Of a DNA stretch of 64,000 nucleotides, positions 33,014 through 44,215 are shown one piece after another; position 1 is the stretch's first letter, and each line of letters opens with the position of its first letter. The notes beneath the pieces are model-generated. The model was not told where the DNA came from. It did not search any database and worked only from the letters and a program-made list of their open reading frames with translations. Made by a program: the position numbers and the translations under genes. This stretch comes from the human T2T-CHM13v2.0 reference genome, Homo sapiens. The stretch is from assembly GCF_009914755.1 (NCBI RefSeq), contig NC_060927.1, one strand, 5' to 3'.

Positions 33014-33391
33014 CCATCAAAGCCAATTTTAAAAGCCTATGTGAAAAATAATTATTCTTGCTGCACTTGATGCAAATAATCAGGCCAAGTATAAGACTAA
33101 AGCTTATTTTGCGAACAATTCAGTCCTATCATTTTTTTTTAACTAAAATGATGACTGGAGAGAGAAAAATTATTTTTTAAAAGTTATCATATACTTGTTA
33201 TTAAATTCTAGTCTTATTAGTTAAATTTTTGCCTACCTTTTAGACTAACTCTGCTTATTCCTGTGAACCAACCAGTGATCTCCGGCTGCAGCTCAGAAGA
33301 AACAGAAGGGATGGGTAATGTAAAAATCTGGATCAGCATTCTAGTTCTGGGCAATTACCCTGCAAATCCTGTCAGGTGATAGGTGTAAATA

Positions 33392-33550
33392 GGGTGTGGT
33401 ACAAGAGCTCAGGAATGGCCCAACGCGGGCACAAGCTATAACACAGGTGAGCTGGGGCATGCTAGCGTGTCCAAGTGGGGCCTGGGAGGGGTATTGCTGG
33501 CTGGAGGTCCCTGGCTTGCAAAGTGACTGAGAAGAAAAAATCCTACATCA
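33392..33550 (+). mobile_element. Truncated 3' LTR (terminal ~160 bp only)
   Basis: Colinear with 27686-27829 (gggtgtggtacaagag ... acaagctataacacaggtgagctg ... ggaggtccctggcttgcaaagtgac ... tcctacatca). Confidence 0.9.
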
Positions 33551-33814
33551 CTGCCAATAAGCGTTCCCTTTTCTCTGAAGCCTTGCCAGCATCTGTTATT
33601 TTTTGCCTTTTTAATATAGCCATTCTGGACCTGTCTCTCTAATTTTCACAAGTGCACTGCATGGGCTAGCAGCTGCTCAGAAGAAGGCTTTACTATGCAC
33701 CTGATAACCTCATGCAACAGAAAAGGCAGGGGGGCTCAGTTCACCCACCTGCACAACACTGAGTTATTTATTGTGGAGGTTTACTCAACATTAAATACTA
33801 TAGTGGCTGCTACC

Positions 33815-33971
33815 ATGCTTCCCAAACTTGAATGTGGACCAATCACTCAGAGGTCTTGTTAAAATGCAGATTCTGACACAGGAGGTGTAGGCCCTGAGAT
33901 TCCGCAGTTCTAGCAAGCTCTCAGGTGACTCCAATTCAGCCGATCCACTGACCACACTTTGGATAGCAAGG
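33815..33971. mobile_element. MER5-type hAT MITE
   Basis: cttgttaaaatgcagattctgac ... tctagcaagctctcaggtgac ... accacactttggatagcaagg. Confidence 0.7.
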
Positions 33972-34750
33972 CCAAGTGGATGTCAAGACCAATGAAAGTC
34001 ACAGGTGAACTGGCTGCGAAGGGCCTCTTCCTCTCCGCTGATCACTGAAATCTCCTCTCCATCTTTCTTCCCTTACAAACCTCAAGCAGAACCCTCCCTG
34101 CCCCGCAAAAGGACCTCACCAAAACAAGTCCCCAATGTCCTTATCAAGAAAGGGGTAAAGAAAGTGATACAGCATCCTGTTTGTAGATCCTGAATTCTTC
34201 TTTTAACCGGCTTTATCTCCTCCCCAGGAAAAAGAGGCTCTTAGCCCTGGGCTTTCACTGGGGGTTGGGGCAGAATTATTATTTCCTAACCAGTCAGTGC
34301 CGTGCCATGACATGGGCTTTATTTCTGAGCTCTCTCCAGGTTTTCCTAGCCATTCTATGAGACAGCTATTAGCTCTGTATTATAGATGGGGAAAACTGAG
34401 GCCTGAAGAAATTTCATATCTTTTCCAAGAACATAGACCCAGAAAGTAAACCTGTAAGGAATTCAATCTAGGGTTGATTCCAAATTCTGTACCGGAGCTG
34501 ATCTGGTTTCTAAATTTCAAGGAACTTAATTTTTTTCTGCCAATAAAGAGGTTTTCCAATTGGCAACCTTTTAAATCAGATTCTGCAGTACCTGATGTAG
34601 AAGTGACATTGAAGGCATGGGGGTATTACAGTAGACATTGCTTTATTTGTTTAAACAGAATTCTATTACTGAAGAGCCATATGAATGTCTCTTGGAGTTT
34701 CTACTAATGTGACATTTTCTCTGCTTCCTCATGAGAGTTGACTTTGATGA

Positions 34751-35074
<324 letters not shown>

Positions 35075-36043
35075 TAAAGCATTTCTGATCATCTACTAAA
35101 ACCGCAGTGTTGAAGCTTTTCCAGGATTTCAAATGTTGTATTTCAGAATACAGCAAGGCTCATCTCTCCTGAGCCATTAGGACCAGGTGGTACTTTCACC
35201 AGGTCCCTCTAAGCACCCAGTCATCAGGGGCAGGCCCCCATGGAGAGAACAGGCTTGTTTCAGGGAGGAATTCCCAGAAGCTGGAGCTCCAGACAGAGGT
35301 GAGGGACAGTGGTCAGCGCAAGGCACACTGGACAGAGCTGACTTCAGTCCTATCTGGTGGGTTCATAACTCATGAATCATGGGAAACTGAGGGGAAAGCC
35401 CAGGGGAAAATTGAAATAATTTTCAAAATGGTTCAAGACCACTTTCTAATTGAGGGTAGCAAAAGATGCAGCTTCTACTGTTGGGAAGGTTTGGCAGGGA
35501 GCTGTGGAAAGAGGTGACAGAAACTAAGTCTCTTGTTTCTCTGCAGGAGTTTCTCCAAGAAGCTTCTTCCTAGAAGCTCATCATCCCTACTCACTTTGGG
35601 GTGAAAATAGCTTTGCAAAACCTGCTCAGATGAGTCAGCAGGCCAGACCTCCAGAGCGGTGGATGTAGTCCACACGAAATTGCCTTTAGTGAACTGAGCA
35701 TTGATGTTATACCATTTGATTGCATTGATTTGGTTTATAAGAACCAGCACATCCCTAGCTGACTCTACAGTAGTTTTTATTGTAGAGATATATTGAAGGA
35801 CATAGTCTACTTTCTGTAACACATAATTCTTTTATAAGGGGCCAGAGTAAGTCAGTCAATAAATATGTATTGAGCACTTATGTGCCAGACACTGGGCTAT
35901 TCCCTTTATTGAGAATAAAGCAGTAAATAAAGAAATCACATGAGTGAAGCTCACATTATTGAAGGAAGGTAAGATTTTTTTCTTGAGTCCCTATGTCAGG
36001 CAAAGCTGTGAATCTCTTAAGCGATTTTACAATTTTCCTTCTT

Positions 36044-36352
36044 CTTTTTTTTTTTTTTTTTTTTAGACAGGGTCTCACTCTGTCACCCAGGCTGGAGTGC
36101 AGTGGTGAGATCTTGGCTCACTGCAACCTCTGCCTCCCACCTTAAGTGGTTCAAGCGATTCTCCCACTTCAGCCTCCCAAGTAGCTGGGGTTATAGGCAT
36201 TACCACCATGCCTGGCTAACTTTTATATTTTTTGGTAGAGACAGGGTTTCACCATGTTGGCCAGGCTGGTCTCGAATTCCTGACCTCAAGTGATCTGCCT
36301 GCCTTAGCCTCCCAAAATGTTGGGATTACAGGTGTGAGCCATCACACCCAGC
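36044..36352 (-). mobile_element. AluS-type SINE
   Basis: Reverse Alu; flanking AATTTTCCTT repeat. Confidence 0.92.
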
Positions 36353-36938
36353 TAATTTTCCTTTTTTACTATGATTACTGGGAAACTCAAAGCGGTTTTG
36401 TTGTTGCTGTTTGCCTCTAGCAAATGCAAAACCTTATGGAATGAATTGTTACACAGACCATACCCCTGGATTTATGTTATTTTCCTTTTTATCATTTTTT
36501 TTTGTTTTATTCTTTGTGAACTACCTCACATACCTACTATCTTAAAAAAAAAAAGATAGAGGGGGCTATAACTAAATAATAGTAAAATAACCCAGAAAGT
36601 CTTTGGGACAGAAATCAAGAGATAATTATAATGATAATTAGATGTGTTTTTGGAAGTAAATCCAATGAGAAGAGTACACTCGTTATTGTAAAGGCAATCC
36701 TGGCTGTCAGGGGTCACAAGGGAGCAGCCCAGCCAGTGATGGTGACAATCAAGCCCAAGGAAAGATGTGAATGATGAGGCCACTGATGTTGATGTGCGGC
36801 AGAGACGGAGTTCCTTAGGATGACTGGCTCTCTAGAAACCAGAATTTAAAAGTGGGGATTCAAAGAGAAAGCCCCATTGTAAGGACAGATGGAGAACAAG
36901 GCACAGGGACAAAAGCATGAATGAAACCAAATCTGTAA

Positions 36939-37276
<338 letters not shown>

Positions 37277-37279
37277 GAA

Positions 37280-37790
37280 ATTTTTGATTGTAAATAACAG
37301 AAATGGACGGTGAGTAACATAAGCAGGAGGCGAAAGGGATTTGGGGAAGCATTTGGGGTAGCTCACAGACTTTAAACAAAGAACAAACAATAGTCTTAAA
37401 AAGGGTAGGGTCCCTTCTGAGAGATAATGAGCCATTGCTTTAGGGCTCTGCTGTTGGCCCGAGAGGGCAGCAACCATTTTCCTTCTTATGAATCTCTCTG
37501 CTAAAGATTCAGATTGCTTGGCACATGGTGGGAACTCAATACATATAGGATGACCGAATGAGTGACTGAGTGAATGAATGAATGCAACTTTCATGGAGAG
37601 AACATCTAATTGGTTGAGCTTGGGTCATGTACCTGCCCCTTGGGAGGAGGGGAGGAGTACTTTGGCTGAAGGTCCCACCAAATCCACGTACAATGGGGTG
37701 CATTGGTTCAGATACTGTTACCACAGAAAAGAATGGATGTGGGTCAGGCAGAACCCAATAGGATGCCTACCACAGGGAACAGAGCAATGG
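37280..37790. mobile_element. Old MLT1-type LTR
   Basis: gattgtaaataacagaaa ... taattggttgagcttgggtcatgtacctgcccc. Confidence 0.5.
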
Positions 37791-38179
37791 CTGGCAGACT
37801 AGAGAAGTCAGTGGTTATAGGTGTGGTGGCGGAGCATCTCCTGGTCCAGCTAGCTAGCTCCTGTCCTCTAATATCTGGAAGGAAAAAACTGCAAGAAGAA
37901 GCCACAGGCTTTGTTACCAATCTTCCAGGCTGGGGTGAGACCCGGGAAGTAGACAGCTGGGCTAGGTCTCAAAGGTGAAGATGCAGAAAGGCTGAGGAAC
38001 TCCAAGTGGAGTCTGGGGAAGAGAGAGGGGTGCTCAAAGACAACACCAGAGTGACACATTTAGAAATTAGCTACATATGTTCTTAGAGAAGCAAACCTGT
38101 GTGCGCTTCTCCCATAACATCCATTTTGTGCTTCTTCTTTTTCTTATTTCCCCTTCCTGCCCCCTGCCACCACCTCCTC

Positions 38180-38505
38180 CTTTTTTCTGAGACAGGGTCT
38201 TGCTGTATCACTCAGGCTGGAATGCACTGGCACCTACATGGCTCACTTCAGCCTTGAACTCATGGGCTGAATGAAGTGAGCCTCCCACCTCAGCCTTCGA
38301 GTACCTAGGACTACAAGCCTGTGCCACTATGCCCAGCTAATTTTTAATATTTTTTGTAGATATGGGGGTAAGGGGTAGTGGGAGGGTTTTGGGGGGCGGG
38401 TCTCTCTATGTTGCCCAGGCTGGTCTCAAACTCCTGGGCTCAATTGATCCTCCTACCTTGGTCTCCCGAAGTGCTGGGATTATAGGAGTGGGCCACTGTG
38501 CCCAA
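38180..38505 (-). mobile_element. AluJ-type SINE with a G-rich insert
   Basis: Diverged reverse Alu; G-rich stretch at ~38364-38400. Confidence 0.85.
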
Positions 38506-38699
38506 TCTGTGCTTCTTAACAAATTGATTTTTAAAGTCTATGTTAAGGAAACCCCTTCAGGTTTTGTAAACCAGGCACACCCCAATCAGGTAGACAGCAT
38601 AATCGCATTCACTGGGCTAGACCTCATCCCCACTCAGGGCTTCTGCACTTGCAGTATCGTCTGCATGCAACTCTCATCCCTCAGTTTTCATCTGGCTGC

Positions 38700-38985
38700 A
38701 TCCTCATTCTTTGCAAGGGTCACCTCCCCTTTGCAAACCTTACTTTCCCAATTTAAAAATAGCTGTTTCCAGTCACTCTCCATCACATTAATATTTTATT
38801 TCTTCTATAGTACTTACCATTCTCAAAAATAATCTTATTTGTTTAAATGTGTGTGCACTGAGTATCTCCCACTCTAGAGTGTAAACTTCATGAAGGTAGG
38901 GTCTAGGCCTGTCTGCTTCACTTTTGCATCTCACATAGCTAGACCAGCACCTGGTACATTATAGGTGCTTACTAAATATTTATTG
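38700..38985. mobile_element. L2 3' end
   Basis: ctagagtgtaaacttcatgaaggtagggtc ... gcacctggtacattataggtgcttactaaatatttattg. Confidence 0.7.
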
Positions 38986-39224
38986 TCATCCTTATATTTC
39001 TGGGATAAACCCAAATTGGTTCTAGTTTATTGTCCTTTTTTCCCCACTTGAGTGGATTTGTTTTGCTTATATTTTATTTAAGAGTTTTATGTATAAATTA
39101 ATCAGAGACAGTACCAAATTTCTTCTCTGAAATCCCTCTGTAGTTATTATCCCCTTTGAATGAGTTGGGGGAAATATTCCCTCTTGTTCTCTTCTCTGAT
39201 AGAGATAAGACTGAAACAATCTAG

Positions 39225-39914
<690 letters not shown>

Positions 39915-40392
39915 ATAAGTAGTCTTGTATCTTTTTGAGATTGTTAAAGCAAGTTGTTTTTCCTTCCTGTTAGAACTTTATCATTTCATCTCAGTTTCTA
40001 AACTAAGTAGAGCGGTTACTCTTGGAGGTTTTTGGGCTGTGTAATGGGTTCATGCATATTCATTATATTAAAACATAGGACATTTAAAAGGGCCACTTGG
40101 ACTAACAATGGCAGCATATCTTAAATCAAGGATTATGAGTAACCTGAATCTATAATCTCAAGTTCTATTGAAAATGCATATTTGTTCAAAATATGAGGGA
40201 GTGAATCTATCTTGGTGCCCAGGGGCAAACATTTTCCAAAGGTGAATCTTCTAGGATTCACACAGATAGGCCCAAATGGGAACTGTTCAGGTAACCCAGC
40301 CTTGCATCTTTCCCCAGTTCAGACTCTGGAAGAAAGTCCTTGAAGATCTCTGGACATTTGTCCAGGATTAAGCAAAAGCCACAGCAAGTTTC

Positions 40393-40810
40393 TTTCACTC
40401 GCATCAGTGTGAAGAGACCACCAAACAGGCTTTGTGTGAGCAATAAAGCTTTTTAATCACCTGGGTGCAGGCGGGCTGAGTCCGAAAAGAGAGTCAGTGA
40501 AGGGAGATAGGCGTGGGGCCGTTTTATAGGATTTGGGCAGGTAAAGGAAAATTACAGTCAAAGGGGGTTGTTCTCTGGTGGGCAGGTGTGGAGGGGGGGA
40601 TCACAAGGTGCTCAGTGGGGGAGCTTTTTGAGCCAGGATGAGCCAGGAGAAGGAATTTCACAAGGTAATGTCATCAGTTAAGGCAGGACCTGCCATTTTC
40701 ACTTCTTTTGTAGTGGAATGTCATCAGTTAAGGCAAGGACCAGCCATCTGGATGTGTACATGCAGGTCACAGGGGATATGATGGCTTAGCTTTGGCTCAG
40801 AGGCCTGACA
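40393..40810 (-). mobile_element. HERV-H LTR7 solo LTR
   Basis: Minus strand starts TGTCAGGCCTCTGAGCC; has two CCTTAACTGATGACATT repeats, TATAAAA and ATTAAA; ends CTCTTCACACTGATGCGAGTGAAA; 5-bp TSD GTTTC at 40388-40392 and 40811-40815. Confidence 0.95.
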
Positions 40811-43800
40811 GTTTCCAATAGAACATAACAGGCAGCAGAGAAGACAGAGACTGAAAGAGCATCCTGGGGGAGATGGAATTGTGACAAACTAAACCAGTGA
40901 GCCGAAATTAAGGCTAGCCCTGTGGCATGACTGGCTCTTGTGCAAGTGACATTATTATGTGACATATTATATGTCTGGGTCATTACTATGCTAAAATAAG
41001 TAGATTAAAATGAAAGGAATTTCCAAACAAATGCGGGAAGGAAGGCATTATGAAGTTTTCAGATGTCATTAGCTATAACAAAGTTCAGAATTAATCATGA
41101 CACCATGCAAAATGGGAAAAATTTGCAAGCAAGGAGAGGGTGGAGATGCCAGAACCCGTAAATTTATGCCAGCTGAGCACTGTGGGGGCACCTGGCAAAT
41201 GGATTTACTATTTTGCCAACACCAGTAAAGTGTTACAAAATTGCAAACGGAATTATTTCTATGCAAACAATTGTTTTTAAAAAGGGTCCCTACATCGACT
41301 AATGCAATTCAGTTTTTTTCTGGGTAAGCACAAAGCCAGAAACTAAATGAAAAATATTAGAAATTATTTTTCTTGGAATCATGTTGAATATTAAAATTGA
41401 GATTTACTTTCCTCCCCAATTCCCTCTCTCTCCCATCAGTCTTTTCATGCACCAATGTCATTTTAGTTTTCGTGGTAAAAGAGGTGGTGAAAAAGGGGCA
41501 GGGGCATTTGAGAGAGTAGGCGAAGGGAGGCTGGGGATTCCAGAAAAGGAAAAGATGGGGAGTCGCTCAATTAAACTCTACCACCTTCATCTGTTAACAG
41601 GGATTCTTGCCTGTCTCGACCCACTTCCAGAGGCAATGCCATATTATTTGAGAAAGCTGGATATAAAATTTGAGCTCTGCTGTCCTTGTCCCAATCCCCC
41701 TCCCCAGGAGAAAAAATAAGCTGAACTGTACTCGTGACATTATGGGTTTTTCTGGAAAACAAGGATAAATAAGTTTTTTGAACATTTTTCTCCCCTGAAA
41801 CTAAATCCGTAAGAGAGTTAAAAACCCGTGGAAAGCGAGTTAAGTCACTTTTCAAGTCTTTGTACTCAGGGGATTCTGTAAGACTCATGGAAGAATAATG
41901 GCGCAAACAGCAATATTTTAATGTTAGAACGGTCCTCTGAAAAGTCTGCCCGAAACGCTACAAAGATAATTGTGCAGTAACTTCTAAAAACTCTACTGGG
42001 ACAGGAGGCAACAAAACTCCGGATCAGCGAGAGCTCTGTTTATCCGAGGGTGCTGAGCCTCAGGCCCCACGGAGATTCCCTTTTCGGCACTTGGAGGCCT
42101 GAACTCAGGTCTAACCTTTCGTGTGCGCGCTCTGATACTCAACCACCGTTCAGTCTCCGGAGGCTGTTACAACTGTCCCCATTCTACAGATGAAGTTGAG
42201 GCTACAGCTTAGTGTTCTTGGGGAGGGAGGGAGTTGGGGGGAGAGAGAGACGCTTTTCCTCATAACCTTAAACAAAAGTACTTAAACCTAAAGCAACTGA
42301 AAAATGATTTTCTTTCAACAACGGTGTTTCCTTTGGGGTCAAGTTCTTTGATCTCATCTACAAAACCAAGAAGCGGGACAAGTATTTTTCTGCAAATTAG
42401 AACGGGGCGTTCCCCTCCCCCATCACCCCAATTCCAGAGGACGTCAATCACAGTGGACGCAGCACCGCGAGCGGAAATGCGGAGAGCATCGGGGCTCCGC
42501 ATGTGGGGCACAATGAAACAAGAGCAGCCCCGGCCAGAGGTCCAGTAAAGCGGAAAGACGGTCCCGCCCGCACACCCCTCCGGAAAACTGAAGCGTCTCC
42601 TCTGACCCCCAAGGTCAGAAAGATTTATTACTTCCTTCGAGAGGGCGCAGCCACAGACCCACTAGAGAGGGCGGGCAGGGTGTCGGAAGCCAGAGAACGG
42701 CGCTCCGCGTCCTCCCACCGCTCCAGGGCGCAGAGGTGTCCTCAGTGCCCGGAGAGGTTGGCAGTGTCGGCCCCGAGGGAAGCGTGGAGCGGACGGCCGA
42801 CAGGGGATTTCTGCCCAAACTTCATCACCAACTCTTTCTGAGAGCAAAAACATGGGGCCGAGTCCGGCAGCTGCACGCAGAATCCAACTCTCTGGCAGCT
42901 CTCGGCACCGACGAGCTCCAGATCCCGCGTTCGCATCCCGGCGCTTTGCGCGCAGAGCTAAGCCTTCGGACCCGTGGACTGCAGCCCCCGCGCGTCGCGG
43001 TAAAGCGGGTCGCGTCTCCAGCCCCCGAGGCGCAGCGACGGTGGGAGCCGGCTCGGCGTTGGGGGCGGGGGCGGGGCCGGCGAAGGGGGAGGGCTGCGCG
43101 GCGGAGGGGAGGAGCCGCGGCGACAGACGGCGGCGCGCACCAACCGGGCGCCGGCTGGCAGGAGCCGCGCAGAGGCTGGTCCGAGCGCGTTGCGGGCGCC
43201 CGGCGTAAGGGGAGTCGGGTAGCAGCATCCTCCTGGGCGCCGCTTTCGCGCGGCGGCGGCGGCTGCGGCGGGGTCTTTCTTTGCTTAAATACCTCGTTGG
43301 CCAGAAGCGCTGGTACCGGGGGCGGGTTGGGTCGGGTCGGGCAGTGCTGCACACCTGGGTTTCCTTGCCTAGAGCTGTGTGTTCGGGGTCCTTTGGTCCA
43401 GTCGGAGGCTGCGGAGCGGCGGGGGTTGCCTGCGCTGTCCGCCCGGGCATCCTCCCGGTGATGGAAGCAGCCGCCGCCGCCGCTGCGGGGTCGCGCTGTG
43501 CCCCATCCACCGCTGCCAGAGAGGTGGGAAAATTCGCCGCACGGAGGCCGAAAGCGAGAGGGGCTGCGCCGCTATGCCGGGAGCTGAGTCCCATATAAGC
43601 CGCCCCCAGCCATCGCCCCCAGCCGGCTTCGTTCCCCTGAGCGAGACAGGAAGCTGCGGTCCCGAGAAAGCGGAGGAGACGTCGCTGGAGCCGGGAGGCG
43701 CCGGGTTCGGCGGAGCGCGGAGCGGGGCTCTGGGCCGCGTGAAAGTTTTTCTTCCCGAGCCGCAGGGCGCCCGCTGCCCGGAAACTGCCCAGGGATAAGT

Positions 43801-43939
43801 CGGCCGACTCCCCAGACCCCTCGAAGGTGCGGGGACCCCCAGCGGAAGCGAGAGGGAGCGAAATCGAGGAACGAGTGACAGCCGGACAGTCCGCCGGGCG
43901 GTGATCCGGGGCCGCTCCCGGGCGCGCCCTCGGCTCCAG

Positions 43940-44041
43940 GTGAGCGGAGGAACCGGGCAGAACCGAGGGTGGGCGTTACTTAGGAGGAGGAGGCTGGGAG
44001 GGAGATTGGGGCGCATCCGCTCACTCCGCTTCCCCTCGCAG
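43940..44041 (+). other. CHST2: Predicted 102-nt 5'UTR intron of CHST2
   Basis: Donor CAG|GTGAGC at 43940; branch-like GCTCAC at ~44019-44024; pyrimidine tract tccgcttcccctcg and CAG|G acceptor ending at 44041; consistent with the recalled two-exon structure. Confidence 0.8.
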
Positions 44042-44062
44042 GTCCTACCCGGAGCCGCTGCC

Positions 44063-44215
44063 ATGGGAGAGCCAGCCTTGGGCGCTGGGGACCAGCCGCC
44101 GCGCCCGCCTCGGAGTCGCGGCCCGAGTCCCGGCGCCAGCAGCCAGCCCGCTGCGTCCCCTTCCCGGGCTGCAGGGCTGCCTCCGCCGCGCCGCCGGCCC
44201 GGATTGTGCCTGTGA
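44063..44215 (+). other. uORF of 50 aa (MGEPALGAGDQPP...RRRPGLCL) whose stop overlaps the main ATG
   Basis: GCCGCTGCCATGG strong Kozak context; frame open to TGA 44213-44215; translation not demonstrated. Confidence 0.7.

Noticed and set aside
33455-33472. Possible p53 response element in the MER61-like LTR (GGGCATGCTAGCGTGTCC; counterpart at ~27749)
   Set aside because: Only one imperfect half-site; the second decamer overlaps it and is mismatched, so there is no clean RRRCWWGYYY pair.
42662-43594. 310-aa minus-strand ORF and overlapping 241-aa and 175-aa ORFs in the promoter
   Set aside because: Several frames are open at once because of extreme GC content; no protein-like features. A divergent non-coding transcript cannot be excluded.
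44206-44214. ORF-track start giving 533 aa
   Set aside because: Starts at a GTG; the first ATG is at 44215 (530 aa).
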